Source of the DNA: Polyangiales bacterium
GTDB lineage: Bacteria > Myxococcota_A > Polyangia > Polyangiales > Polyangiaceae
Length of the DNA stretch: 64,000 bases
NCBI GenBank assembly: GCA_038231275.1
Contig: JBBRLQ010000029.1
Location: 1 to 64,000 of the forward strand
Reading direction: 5' to 3'
Each line of letters begins with the position of its first letter. Position 1 is the stretch's first letter. The position numbers and the translations under genes were made by a program. Below the pieces are notes generated by a model, which worked only from the letters and a program-made list of their open reading frames with translations, had not been told where the DNA came from and made no database searches. Shown one piece after another: positions 37,366 through 47,303 of the stretch.

Positions 37366-38394
37366 CTACCCGAACTGTATGCGAATCGACGCGTCGGCGT
37401 TCATGTGGACGACGAGGCGTCGAAGCGCGCCGTTTCCTGCGTGATCCTCGAGGAGGAGCAGGTCGTTGACCGCCTCGCGCAGGTGCGAGGATGGCTCGAA
37501 CGCGTGCAGCTCGCCGTCGCCGTCCGTGGCCATCACGTCCACCGTGACGGCGCGCGACCGGTCGCCGACCACGTTCACCAGCAGGACGGCGGCGCGCACG
37601 CGCTCGAGGACGGTGGCGAGGTCCTTGAAGACGATCTGCGCGACCGGCAAGACCCTCGAGAGCTCGGGCATCCGCGCGGGCGCCGCGAGGAGCGCGCGGT
37701 CCACGCCGGGAGGGACCGGCGTGAGGACGGTCACGGCGATGACCGACTCCTCGCGCGGCACGTCCCCCTCGCTCTCCTCGCGTGGGATCGGGCGCGTCGT
37801 GATCCTCGGGAGCCGAAACGACTGAAGCGTCTCCCCGAGCTTGCCCGAGCGACCGGGCCGCTGCGGCAGCGCGCCCTCGAAGACGGCGTAGAAGATCGTC
37901 GCCCCGCCACGCTCCTCACGGAAGAGGCCGTCGGCCTCGTAGAGGTGGAGCGCGAACATCAGGATGGCGTCGACGTCGGCGGTGCGCGTGCGAAGGGTGG
38001 CGATCTCGCCGAGAAGCAGCGCGTGGAGGCCGAGGCTCGTGAGCATGTTGCGGGCGGTGTCGACGCGCGGCGTCGGGGGGAGCGCAGAGGGGTGCTGGCG
38101 CCACGCGAAGGTGAGCACGCCGTCCTCGCCGAGGCGGGCCATCTCCTCGACCCCGCCGCTGAACAGCGTGTCGTCTCCGCAGCGGTACGCGATGCGCCCG
38201 GTGATCTCGTCGAACGCGAGGTGGTCGCATGTGGCGACGCGCGCCTCGTACGCCGCGAGGAGACGCTTCACATCGGGCGCCACCTTCGCCGCGATCGTCA
38301 TCATGCGCTCGTCGAGCGCAGGGGACCGCGCGCGCACCGTCGAGTCGGGCTCGTAGGCGAAATCCGGAGGGCCACTGACGCCCTTACCCCTCAT
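37366..38394 (-). CDS. Hypothetical protein
   Basis: Long ORF with normal composition filling the gap between tkt and pgl. Start ambiguous (38394 or 38304). Confidence 0.6.
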   Translation of the reverse strand: MRGKGVSGPPDFAYEPDSTVRARSPALDERMMTIAAKVAPDVKRLLAAYEARVATCDHLAFDEITGRIAYRCGDDTLFSGGVEEMARLGEDGVLTFAWRQHPSALPPTPRVDTARNMLTSLGLHALLLGEIATLRTRTADVDAILMFALHLYEADGLFREERGGATIFYAVFEGALPQRPGRSGKLGETLQSFRLPRITTRPIPREESEGDVPREESVIAVTVLTPVPPGVDRALLAAPARMPELSRVLPVAQIVFKDLATVLERVRAAVLLVNVVGDRSRAVTVDVMATDGDGELHAFEPSSHLREAVNDLLLLEDHAGNGALRRLVVHMNADASIRIQFG

Positions 38395-38532
38395 GTCCTT
38401 CAGTAGTCCCCCGACGGCGGCGGGTTTCAAGTATTTCCTGCGAGAAGCGGCATTTGGACCACATTCGGCCACCCTGGAGGGGCGCGGGGCGCGGGGTGCG
38501 CGTGGGCCGAGCGCTTGCCTGTCGGACGGCGC

Positions 38533-39270
38533 TCAGCCCATTCCGCCGGCCGCGCGGTCGATCACCCATGTGATCGCGCCGCGCACGTCGCGCACGAGGC
38601 GCGCGGGCGTCTCATTCTTGCTGCCCGACACCTGCCAGACGCGCTCGAGCGGTTCGTGCTTCGCCTTTCCGAGTGCCATCACCATGACGTGCCGCGCGGC
38701 CTCGATGACCGGCGCCGTCAGCGTGATGCGCGGCTCGAGGCCGGCGTGCGCGGGGACGGAGACGACGAGGCGATCGGTGATCTCGACCTCCGGCCTGCCC
38801 GGAAACAGCGACGCGGTGTGCCCATCGTCGCCCACGCCGAGGACGATGAGATCGAACGCCGGCGGCGCCCCGGTGCGGACCGTCTTCCGGACGAGCGCTT
38901 CGTAGTCGCGCGCGGCCTGCTCGAGATCGCTCGCCTCGCCGTGCATGCGAAAGACGTGGTCGTCGGCGATCTTCGCCGGCTCGAGCAGCGCCTCGCGCAC
39001 CATGCGGAAGTTCGAGCGATCGCTCGTCGGAGGTACCGCCCGCTCGTCGACGAAGAAGACGTCGACGCGCGACCAGTCGATCTTCGGATCTTTTGCGATC
39101 ATCGCGTAGGCGGGGCGCGGCGTATTTCCCCCCGAGAGAGCGATCGCCGCGCGTCCGCGGGCGCTCACGGCGTCGCGGATCGATCGCGCCATTCGCGCGC
39201 CCGCCTCCTTGTACGCTTGCTCCGCGTCGGGCGTGGCGATCAGGATGCCAGGGACCACCTTCGTCGTCAT
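38533..39270 (-). CDS. pgl: 6-phosphogluconolactonase
   Basis: IALSGGNTP, FVDERAVP, RSN, LGVGDDGHTASLFPG, RITLT. Confidence 0.95.
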   Translation of the reverse strand: MTTKVVPGILIATPDAEQAYKEAGARMARSIRDAVSARGRAAIALSGGNTPRPAYAMIAKDPKIDWSRVDVFFVDERAVPPTSDRSNFRMVREALLEPAKIADDHVFRMHGEASDLEQAARDYEALVRKTVRTGAPPAFDLIVLGVGDDGHTASLFPGRPEVEITDRLVVSVPAHAGLEPRITLTAPVIEAARHVMVMALGKAKHEPLERVWQVSGSKNETPARLVRDVRGAITWVIDRAAGGMG

Positions 39271-40418
39271 GTGCAGACCACCCCGTCTTCGAACACTTCT
39301 TCGGCGAACACGACCGACTCGGTGAGGGCAGGGTCCTCGGTCGGACGGTGCAGCGTGCGCTCGAGCACCATCGCTCCCTTGTTGGCGCTCAGGCGCACGC
39401 GCTGCTCGATCGTCTGCTTGCCGGCGACGTCGAGGCGCCAGACGAGGACGTCGGCGTCGGGGGTCGAGCCCGCGAGACCGCTCCCGAGCTCGCGCTCGAT
39501 CGTGCCCTTCAACCGCACGCCGCCGGCCTCCGCTTCGATCGTGACGCCGGCCAGCGTCGTCGGCGCGACCTCGGCGGGCCGCTGCACGGTGCCGAGGTGC
39601 AGGCCAACGATGCCGCCGTCGGGGCGCTTGAAGCGGAGCGCGCCGCCGAGACGCGACGTCTTCCACCCGAGGCGCGTCGCCATCCACCCGAGCAAGAGAG
39701 CGCCCTCGGAACCCAGGCGCGTCCCTGGCTCCGAGGCCTGGCGCAAGCTGACGCGGGTCACGGCGTGCGCGTGGGGGCAGAGGCTCGTGTCGTCGAAGAA
39801 GCGCGCGCAGAGCTCCTGCCACGTGGTCAGGCGCGTCCACGCCAGATCCGCGATGTGGGGACGAGTCACGTCCTGCCGCGCCCAGCGCGCCAGGTGGAGG
39901 AGGCTCGTGAGCGACGTGTAGTCGGTGTCGAGGACGATGCGCTGCGCGTTCATGGCGAGCGAGAGGAACACCGGATCGTCGACGTGCACGCGCCCCAACC
40001 ACACGAGCGTCGTCGGGATTTCGGGGACGCAAAGCGCTTCGACGGCGCTGCCGACGCGGTCGCACACGCCGCCCAGCGCCACCAGGCGCACGCGCTCGGA
40101 GCAGACGATCTGCCCTGCCTCGCCTTTCACGCACACCGCGGTCGTGTCGGCCTCGAGGGCGTTGGCCTGCGCGTCGGGATCGAGCGCGACGATGATCGCC
40201 CGCGCGGGGATTCCGCGGGTCACGTCGTCGACCACGGGCGTGTAGAGCGCGGCGATCTCGCGCTCGCCGGCGACGACGACGAGGTTCATGGTGCACGCGC
40301 GCGCCTTGGGCGCCTCGCTGGGGCTCGTGGGCGGCGACCAGATCTCGAGCAGCTCCTTCTCGATGCGGGTGAGGACCGCGCTCGCCGGCGCCGGCGGCGA
40401 GATGCTCGTCGCGCTCAC
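39267..40418 (-). CDS. opcA: Glucose-6-phosphate dehydrogenase assembly protein OpcA
   Basis: RACTMNLVV, PARAI, CSERVRL, PTTLVW, DLAWTRLTTWQE; lies between zwf and pgl. Confidence 0.88.
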   Translation of the reverse strand: MSATSISPPAPASAVLTRIEKELLEIWSPPTSPSEAPKARACTMNLVVVAGEREIAALYTPVVDDVTRGIPARAIIVALDPDAQANALEADTTAVCVKGEAGQIVCSERVRLVALGGVCDRVGSAVEALCVPEIPTTLVWLGRVHVDDPVFLSLAMNAQRIVLDTDYTSLTSLLHLARWARQDVTRPHIADLAWTRLTTWQELCARFFDDTSLCPHAHAVTRVSLRQASEPGTRLGSEGALLLGWMATRLGWKTSRLGGALRFKRPDGGIVGLHLGTVQRPAEVAPTTLAGVTIEAEAGGVRLKGTIERELGSGLAGSTPDADVLVWRLDVAGKQTIEQRVRLSANKGAMVLERTLHRPTEDPALTESVVFAEEVFEDGVVCT

Positions 40419-41956
40419 GGCTTCCTCCAGCGCCTGCCGTCGCGCGCGAGGAGATCGTCCGACTGCTCGGGGCCCCACGAGCCCGACGGGTACACGGGCG
40501 GCGGTGTGTTGCCCTCGCTCGCCCACGCGTCGAAGACGCGATCGATGTACTCCCACTGCTCTTCGACCTCGTCGCGCCGCGTGAAGAGCGTGGCCTCACC
40601 TCGCATCGAGTCCAGGAGCAGTCGCTCGTAGGCCTCGGGCGTGTTCGAGCCGAACGCCGAGCCGTAGCGAAAATCCATCGAGACGTCGCGCAGGATGGTC
40701 TGCTGCCCCGGCTCCTTGCTGGTGAAGCGCAGCGCGATGCCCTCGTCGGGCTGGATGCGGAGCGTCAGCACGTTCGGCGTGATGCCGCCATCGGGCGCAT
40801 GGAACAGGCTGTGCGGCACCTTCTTGAACTGCACGCTGATCTCGGTCACGCGCCTCGCGAGGCGCTTGCCGGCGCGGACGTAGAAGGGAACGCCGCCCCA
40901 CCGCCAGTTCTCGATCTCGACCTTCATCGCGACGTACGTGTCGATGCACGAGAGGCGATCGACGTCGGGCTCTTCGCGGTACGCCGGCACCTCGTCGGCG
41001 CGGACGAAGCCGCGGCCGTACTGCCCGCGGATGACGTTCTGCGCCACCATCGAGCGCTCCATCGGGCGGAGCGAGCGCAGGACCTTCACCTTCTCGTCGC
41101 GCACCGCGTCGGCCGCGAGCGAGATGGGCGGCTCCATCGCCGTGAGGCAGAGCAGCTGCATCAGGTGGTTCTCGACGATGTCCTTCGTGACGCCGGTCTG
41201 CTCGTAGAACTTGCCGCGCCCCTCGACGCCGATCTCTTCGGCGACGGTGATTTGAACGTGATCAACGTGCTCCCGGTTCCAGATCGGCTCCCATAGGCTG
41301 TTCGCGAAGCGGAAGACGAGGAGGTTCTGGACGGTCTCCTTGCCGAGGTAGTGGTCGATGCGGAAGACCTGGGACTCGTGGAAGACGCCCGCGATCGTGT
41401 CGTTCAGCTCGCGCGCGCTCTCGAGGTCGTGGCCGAACGGCTTCTCGAAGACGACGCGCGACCACGGACCGGTCTTCGCGCCCGCGGCGGCCACGAGCTC
41501 GGCGCCCTTCAGCCCGTTGACGATGGTGCCGAACTCCGACGGCGGCACCGCGAAGTAAAAGAGGCGATTTCCCCGCGTGCCGCGCTCGCGATCCAGCTCG
41601 GCGAGGTGCTCCTTCAACTTGGTGTACGTCTGCGCGTCCTCGAAGGAGCCGGCGACATAGCTGACGCCGCGCTCGAAGTCCTTCCACACCGCCTCGTCGA
41701 GCGGCTTGCGGCGAGAGAACTTGGAGATCCCTTCGCGCATCTCGGCGCGGAATTGCTCGTGCGTCTTCTCGCGCCGCGCTTGCCCGACGACGGCGAATCC
41801 GCCGGGCAGAGCGCGGCTGACCGCGAGGTTGTAGAGTGCAGGCATCAGCTTGCGGCGGGTCAGGTCCCCCGACGCGCCGAAGATGACGACGGCGCACGCG
41901 TCGCCGGTCCGATCGTCCACGAGCCCCTTGCGGAGCGGATTCGCATTCGCCGTCAT
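40415..41956 (-). CDS. zwf: Glucose-6-phosphate 1-dehydrogenase
   Basis: IFGASGDLTRRKL, EKPFG, RIDHYLGKE, WGGVPFY, EAYERLL. Confidence 0.97.
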   Translation of the reverse strand: MTANANPLRKGLVDDRTGDACAVVIFGASGDLTRRKLMPALYNLAVSRALPGGFAVVGQARREKTHEQFRAEMREGISKFSRRKPLDEAVWKDFERGVSYVAGSFEDAQTYTKLKEHLAELDRERGTRGNRLFYFAVPPSEFGTIVNGLKGAELVAAAGAKTGPWSRVVFEKPFGHDLESARELNDTIAGVFHESQVFRIDHYLGKETVQNLLVFRFANSLWEPIWNREHVDHVQITVAEEIGVEGRGKFYEQTGVTKDIVENHLMQLLCLTAMEPPISLAADAVRDEKVKVLRSLRPMERSMVAQNVIRGQYGRGFVRADEVPAYREEPDVDRLSCIDTYVAMKVEIENWRWGGVPFYVRAGKRLARRVTEISVQFKKVPHSLFHAPDGGITPNVLTLRIQPDEGIALRFTSKEPGQQTILRDVSMDFRYGSAFGSNTPEAYERLLLDSMRGEATLFTRRDEVEEQWEYIDRVFDAWASEGNTPPPVYPSGSWGPEQSDDLLARDGRRWRKP

Positions 41957-41987
41957 TCGATTCGCTCTCCGATGCCTTGGATGCTCG

Positions 41988-42884
41988 TCAGGCTTTCTTC
42001 ACGGCGTGACCGCCGAACTCGTTGCGGAGCGCGGCGAGCACACGCATTGCGAAGCTGTTGTCCTGGCGCGACGAGAAGCGCGCGAAGAGCGACGCCGCGA
42101 TGGTCGGGACGGGGACCGCGTGCGCGATCGCCTCGTTCACCGTCCATCGACCCTCGCCGGAATCGTCGACGTACGGCTTCAGATCCTTCAGCTCCGGATC
42201 GCGCTTGAACGCGTCCTCGGCGAGCTCGCAGAGCCAGGAGCGGACGACCGACCCGTGGTTCCACACGCCCGTGACCTGGCGCAGGTCGTAGCCGAAGTCG
42301 GTCGCCTTCATGAGCTCGAAGCCCTCGGCGTACGCCTGCATCATCGCGTACTCGATCCCGTTGTGGACCATCTTGCAGAAGTGCCCGGCGCCGGCCTTGC
42401 CGAAGTAGCCCAAGCCGTCCTTCGGCGCGAGCGTGGTGAGCGCGGGGAGGCAAATCTCGTAGGCGCTCTTGTCGCCGCCGACCATGAGCGAGTAGCCGTT
42501 CTCGAGACCCCAGACGCCGCCGGACGTACCCGCGTCCAAAAAGCGAAGCTTCTTGGTCGCAAGCTCCGCGCTCCGTCGCTGCGAGTCGTGGAAGTTGGAG
42601 TTGCCGCCGTCGATGACGATGTCTCCCTCCTTCATCAGCTTCGCGAGCTCCTGGATCGTCGACTCCGTGGGGGTTCCCGACGGCACCATGACCCACACGG
42701 CGCGCGGGCCCTCCATCTTCGAGACGAGATCCGCGAGCGAGCTGGCGCCGGTGGCCCCGTCCTTGGACAAGCGCTCGACGGCCGCGGGGTCGCGGTCATA
42801 GGCGACGACCTTGTGCCCCCCGCCGAGGAGCCGCTTGACCATGTTCCCGCCCATCTTGCCAAGTCCAATGATCGCGATCTGCAT
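41988..42884 (-). CDS. gnd: 6-phosphogluconate dehydrogenase, decarboxylating (short type)
   Basis: IGLGKMG, DGGNS, DAGTSGG, KMVHNGIEY, DSGEGRWT, LRNEFGGH. Confidence 0.95.
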   Translation of the reverse strand: MQIAIIGLGKMGGNMVKRLLGGGHKVVAYDRDPAAVERLSKDGATGASSLADLVSKMEGPRAVWVMVPSGTPTESTIQELAKLMKEGDIVIDGGNSNFHDSQRRSAELATKKLRFLDAGTSGGVWGLENGYSLMVGGDKSAYEICLPALTTLAPKDGLGYFGKAGAGHFCKMVHNGIEYAMMQAYAEGFELMKATDFGYDLRQVTGVWNHGSVVRSWLCELAEDAFKRDPELKDLKPYVDDSGEGRWTVNEAIAHAVPVPTIAASLFARFSSRQDNSFAMRVLAALRNEFGGHAVKKA

Positions 42885-43171
42885 CGGCGTCCCTCTCTCT
42901 GTGAACTGTGTCTTCCGGTGTCTGCTCCGTGCGTTCACGCACCCCATGACGCGCGCGCCGCACGTGCCCATGGCGCTTTGGCCACGGGAAGGCGCGAGGA
43001 TACACCCCTGCGGAGGCCGCGAAAGCCCCAACTCCGCGCGTCCGTCGCAACCACGCTGCCCGGAATCGCTCGCCAGTCTCGTGCGTTGGCGATGCTCATC
43101 CGCCGTCGTCACGTGCCCGTCACAGGACGCGCGAGACCTCGGCGTTTCCGATCGCGCGATGCCTCACGCCA

Positions 43172-43187
43172 TTGGCCCGCACCTTGC
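43172..43187 (+). promoter_or_regulatory. Putative sigma-54 (-24/-12) promoter
   Basis: TTGGCCCGCACCTTGC has GG-N10-GC with TGGC and TTGC, about 105 bp upstream of the 43292 ATG. Confidence 0.55.
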
Positions 43188-43291
43188 CATGCGACACGTG
43201 GTGCTTACGTTTTGCATCACATCCGACTGAGTGGAGAAGGAAAGCCTGCCCAATGCGAGACCGCAATCAAACGTCTACTACCGGAGGAGCG

Positions 43292-43570
43292 ATGCAGTCC
43301 TCGCGACTGCTTGGCTTCGTGCAAGTGCACGTAGGGTCGCGGACCGTGGCGCTCCCCGTCCAGTCCGTCCCCTTCGCCACGAACGACGACGCCCGTGTGA
43401 ACGAACGTAAAGACCCGGAAGGAAATCCGCAGGCTGGAGGTCTCTTCGAGGAGGGTGGCCAGTTCGGCATTCTCGTGGACGAAGACGCCTCGGACGCCGA
43501 AGTTCAAGCGCAAATCGTAAAAGCCTCCGAAGAGGCCGTGCGGCAGCTGTCGAAGCGCTACCTCAACTAG
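43292..43570 (+). CDS. Small hypothetical protein
   Basis: Strong RBS GGAGGA before ATG 43292; 92 aa, protein-like composition. Confidence 0.65.
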   Translation: MQSSRLLGFVQVHVGSRTVALPVQSVPFATNDDARVNERKDPEGNPQAGGLFEEGGQFGILVDEDASDAEVQAQIVKASEEAVRQLSKRYLN

Positions 43571-43673
43571 ACATCGAGCATCAGACGTTACGGAAGTGTT
43601 CAGACCACCATTTAACTGCAGAACCTTTTCCGCCCTCAATCGTTAGTAACCTCGAGAGGCATGAGAGCAGGCC

Positions 43674-44006
43674 ATGAACGACCACACCACGACCATGCAT
43701 AGCGCCACCGATTCGCAGAAGCCCACCCAAGCCGTTTCGCAGGCCGTCTCGCATACCCAGGCCGCTCCGCCGGCAGGTGACGCGCAGACGGAGCCGCGGC
43801 CCAAGCAGCGCCGCGGGTTTGCCGCGATGGATCCGCGTCTTGTCGCGGAAATCGCGAGCAAGGGGGGCAAAGCGGCCCACGCCGCCGGCACCGCCCACGA
43901 GTTCACGGCCGACGAAGCTCGCGCCGCCGGTCGCAAGGGCGGCCTGGCCCCGCACACGCGCCGCCGTCCCGGCAGCCAGCCGCCCCAAGCGCCTCCGGCG
44001 ACCTGA
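43674..44006 (+). CDS. KGG-repeat general stress protein (YciG/Con-10-like)
   Basis: RGFAAMDPRLVAEIASKGGKAAH..AHEFTADEARAAGRKGG. Confidence 0.88.
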   Translation: MNDHTTTMHSATDSQKPTQAVSQAVSHTQAAPPAGDAQTEPRPKQRRGFAAMDPRLVAEIASKGGKAAHAAGTAHEFTADEARAAGRKGGLAPHTRRRPGSQPPQAPPAT

Positions 44007-44068
44007 GCGGGGTTGATCCGGCAGGGTCGGGGTTGACCCCCGGCCCGAAAAAGGCGACCAATTCCTTC

Positions 44069-44410
44069 GTGGGCGCGTTTCCGCCGGTGCTTGTCGCGCA
44101 CCCTCACGTGGAGGTGCGAGAAGATCTGCTCTCGGGCAGCCCCGTCGTTCGCGGGACGCGCATCCCCGTTCGCCGCCTATGGTCCTGGCATCGGCGGGGC
44201 ATCACGGTAGAGACGTTGCTGAAGCGCTACCCGCAGCTCGGGCCGGCGCGGGTGCTCTGCGCGCTGGCCTTCGCCTACGACAATGAAGCGCTCATGGATG
44301 CCGATCTCGCGCGTGAACGTGCGCTGGTCGGCCCCGCCGCCGACGACATCCCGGGCGCGATGAAGCAAGAGAGCCTCTTCGACCCCGGCGCGAAGAAGCC
44401 AGGGACGTGA
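44069..44410 (+). CDS. DUF433 domain protein
   Basis: SGSPVVRGTRIPV...GITVETLLKRYPQL...ALAFAYDN. Start uncertain. Confidence 0.82.
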   Translation: MGAFPPVLVAHPHVEVREDLLSGSPVVRGTRIPVRRLWSWHRRGITVETLLKRYPQLGPARVLCALAFAYDNEALMDADLARERALVGPAADDIPGAMKQESLFDPGAKKPGT

Positions 44411-44463
44411 TCCAAAGCACGACGTGATCCAGATCACGAACGAAAGCGATCTTTGGCAGGCCG

Positions 44464-46695
44464 CTAGAAGACCGCCAGTGTGGTGCTCGGCGCGCCCGTC
44501 GACAGCGTCGGCGGAACGACGCCCTCGGCGTTCGACAAGAAGAGACCATAGAAGCGCTCGGTCCCGATCCTCTGCTGGACGACGAAGCGCTGCGTGTAGA
44601 GAAAGAGCGGCCGGTAGAACGCGAGGCCGAGCGCGGGCGTCGTCGAGACGAGCTTCTCGTTCGGGTCGACGAGCGTAGGCCAGATCGGCGGCCGCTTCAC
44701 CACGCGCGAGCGAACGACGTAGCTCGCGTCGACCGCGAAGTAGTTCGTTCCCACGTACCAGAGCAAGGTCATCACTTGTGGCGGGCCGTCCTCGACGCGA
44801 ACGCCGAGGAGGTGCAGATCGTTCGAGTAGTCGCGCGGCACGCGATCGGTGAGCTGCGCTTCGATCGACTCGCGCAGCGCGGCCGCGCGGACGCCGTCGC
44901 CACGGAGGATCGCGGCGTTGTGGGCGATGCGCCGGTCCTCGAACGTCACAGGCTCTCCCTGCGGCGCGTTCGCGAGCTGACCGAGGTGGACCCGCCACTC
45001 CCAGGTCGCCCACGGATCGTCCTCGCCGGAGACGGTGCGGATCAGATCCGTCGCGAGGCCAAGACGCTCGGCGCCGACCGGAAGCCGCTCGTCGAGCCTC
45101 TTTGCGACGAGCGCGGCCCACGCCATGCTGCGATCGACGAACCAGAAGGGACCCATCGCGGTGATCGCGTACCGTGACGCGACGGTCCGCAAATCCGACG
45201 CCGAGAGCTTGCGGGCGTCGATGACGAGGAGACCCTCGTGCACGTCCTTGGGCGGAGGGTCCCACGGCTTGTCGATGAAGGCGATCGGACGATCGGCGGC
45301 GTAGGCGACCGCGGGCGTGTAGATGACGCTCGCCGAGACCACCACGCTGGACGTGCGAGGTAGCGACGACGCAGCCCATTGTATCGCGAGGGCCTTGTCA
45401 CGCTCGCTCTCCGTGGTTCGCCCTCCCTCGTCGAAGCGCCCCGCCGTGAGGCGCGCTTGCCAGAGGAGCGGCGCCGCGACGCGCGCCATCAGCGCGAGGG
45501 GGAGGAGGACGACGATCCCGACGACCAGCGCAGTCCCTTGCGTGGCGCGCTGCGCACGCGAAGCCTCCGTGCGCGCGATGGTCCGCTCCCTTGCCTTCAA
45601 GAGCGCGTCGGCGAGCGTCGCGGCGCCGAGCGCGATGCCGACACTGGCGACGTGCGGCCAGAAAATGTGCGTGTCCGCCCCTTGCTTGAAGACGAAATAC
45701 TCGAACGCCGCCGCCGCCGCCCACGCCGGCAAGACGATCGCGAGCGGATCTCGTCGGAGGAGCCTGGACGTTGCGACGACGAGCCCCAGACCACCGGCCC
45801 ACAGACCGATCGGCGTCAGCATCCAGTAGAGCCAGAGGAGTCGCCGCCCGCGGAGCACCTGCACGATCGGAGTTTCCACCCCGGTCGTGCGGTTGTTGTA
45901 GCTGTCGAGGAGATCCTGCATCCGTCCGAGCTTCGAGAAGAGCGCGACGTAAAAGAGGACGCTGCCGACCGTCACGAACACCGTGAACGCGAACCACCGC
46001 GCGTGCGGCCGCTCTTTGATCCGTCCGAACCAGCGTCGCGGCAACACGTAGGCGCGCGCGAACGAGAAGACGACGAACGACGCGACGAGGACCGCGCCGT
46101 CCCAGTCGATCTGCGTAACGAGGAGCGCGCCCGCGACCGAGAGCCACATCGGCCGCGCCTTCCACGTCTGCCAGAAGCGGATCGTACCGAGCGTGAACAC
46201 CAGCCCGAAGAAGATCGTCGGCACCTCGAGGTTCCAGAAATTCGAGAACGCGAGGTCAATCGGCACGAGCACGAAGACGACGCTGGCGACGGACGAAGGG
46301 ACCACACCGAAGAGCGTTCGCGCGACCCGATAGAGGAGCGGTGGCGTCATCGCGCTCACGAGCACCGCGGGGAGCCGCGTCGCGAGCCAGCCGTGGCCGA
46401 CGATCTTGTAAAGGAGCGCCGAGATGATCGTTAGACCCCACGGGTGATGCGCGTAGGCGACCTCGGGGCCCGGCGTGGTCGGGTAGTAGTTGAAGACCGT
46501 GGTGAAGCTCTTCCACCGCGCCATCTCCTCGCCCCCGATCACGAACGAGGCTCCGGCGGCGTGATGGCCTGCGGCGAGGGGTGCGGTAATTTCCCACAAT
46601 CCCACACACGCAAAGGTCACCCAGGCGACGACGGCCACCTGAAATGCGGTCCGCTCGACCGCCGCGGCGCTCGGGAGCTCGAACGATCGACTCAA
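44464..46695 (-). CDS. Multi-TM glycosyltransferase (GT-C fold, ArnT/PMT_2-like)
   Basis: YAHHPWG, ATRLPAV, many TM helices and a C-terminal soluble domain. Start uncertain (TTG 46695). Confidence 0.7.
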   Translation of the reverse strand: MSRSFELPSAAAVERTAFQVAVVAWVTFACVGLWEITAPLAAGHHAAGASFVIGGEEMARWKSFTTVFNYYPTTPGPEVAYAHHPWGLTIISALLYKIVGHGWLATRLPAVLVSAMTPPLLYRVARTLFGVVPSSVASVVFVLVPIDLAFSNFWNLEVPTIFFGLVFTLGTIRFWQTWKARPMWLSVAGALLVTQIDWDGAVLVASFVVFSFARAYVLPRRWFGRIKERPHARWFAFTVFVTVGSVLFYVALFSKLGRMQDLLDSYNNRTTGVETPIVQVLRGRRLLWLYWMLTPIGLWAGGLGLVVATSRLLRRDPLAIVLPAWAAAAAFEYFVFKQGADTHIFWPHVASVGIALGAATLADALLKARERTIARTEASRAQRATQGTALVVGIVVLLPLALMARVAAPLLWQARLTAGRFDEGGRTTESERDKALAIQWAASSLPRTSSVVVSASVIYTPAVAYAADRPIAFIDKPWDPPPKDVHEGLLVIDARKLSASDLRTVASRYAITAMGPFWFVDRSMAWAALVAKRLDERLPVGAERLGLATDLIRTVSGEDDPWATWEWRVHLGQLANAPQGEPVTFEDRRIAHNAAILRGDGVRAAALRESIEAQLTDRVPRDYSNDLHLLGVRVEDGPPQVMTLLWYVGTNYFAVDASYVVRSRVVKRPPIWPTLVDPNEKLVSTTPALGLAFYRPLFLYTQRFVVQQRIGTERFYGLFLSNAEGVVPPTLSTGAPSTTLAVF

Positions 46696-46794
46696 AACGC
46701 GCCGGAGCGTATCGCGGAACTGCCGCCGAGAGAGATCGTTTGCCCGGGTGACCCGTCTTGAGGCGGACGGAGTACCGTCGATGGTGGAGGCCAC

Positions 46795-47301
46795 GTGATG
46801 CACGCAGAGCGGCCGGACGGCGGCACGACGGGAGCGCGTGAGGAAGACGCGCTGCTCCAGGAGCACGGAGAGGCGATCGGCCGGGCGTGCATGGCCTGGC
46901 TGGGCGATCTGGCGGCGGCGCAGGCGGCGGTCGAGGAGATCGTGGTGATGGCGCTCGAGGGACAGGCGCAGCGCGGGACCGAGGGGACGACGCGCGGCTG
47001 GCTGTTCGGCATCGTTCAGCGCGTCTGCGCGCGGCGCGTCGAGTCGGCGGTCAACGTGACGAAGCCGCTGGGCGACGATTTCGCGGACACGCAGCGCGCG
47101 CCGGGGACGGCCTTCGATAGAACGCGACGCGCGCTCGGGGAGCTGCCTCCCACCGAGCGTGACGCGACGATCCTCCGCTTCGTCGCCGGGCTCACTCTGG
47201 CGGACGCGGCGCAAGCGGCGCGCGTCGACGAACGAACGGCGCGCGAGCGCATCGGCAAGGGTCTCTCCAAGCTGCGGGCGCTGCTCGCGGGGGAAAAGTA
47301 G
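46795..47301 (+). CDS. ECF-type RNA polymerase sigma factor (divergent)
   Basis: Region 2 (LLQEHG...WLFGI) and region 4 (LPPTERDATILRFVAGLTLADAA..TARERI..LR); directly upstream of an HxxxCxxC anti-sigma. Confidence 0.78.
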   Translation: MMHAERPDGGTTGAREEDALLQEHGEAIGRACMAWLGDLAAAQAAVEEIVVMALEGQAQRGTEGTTRGWLFGIVQRVCARRVESAVNVTKPLGDDFADTQRAPGTAFDRTRRALGELPPTERDATILRFVAGLTLADAAQAARVDERTARERIGKGLSKLRALLAGEK

Positions 47302-47303
47302 TC

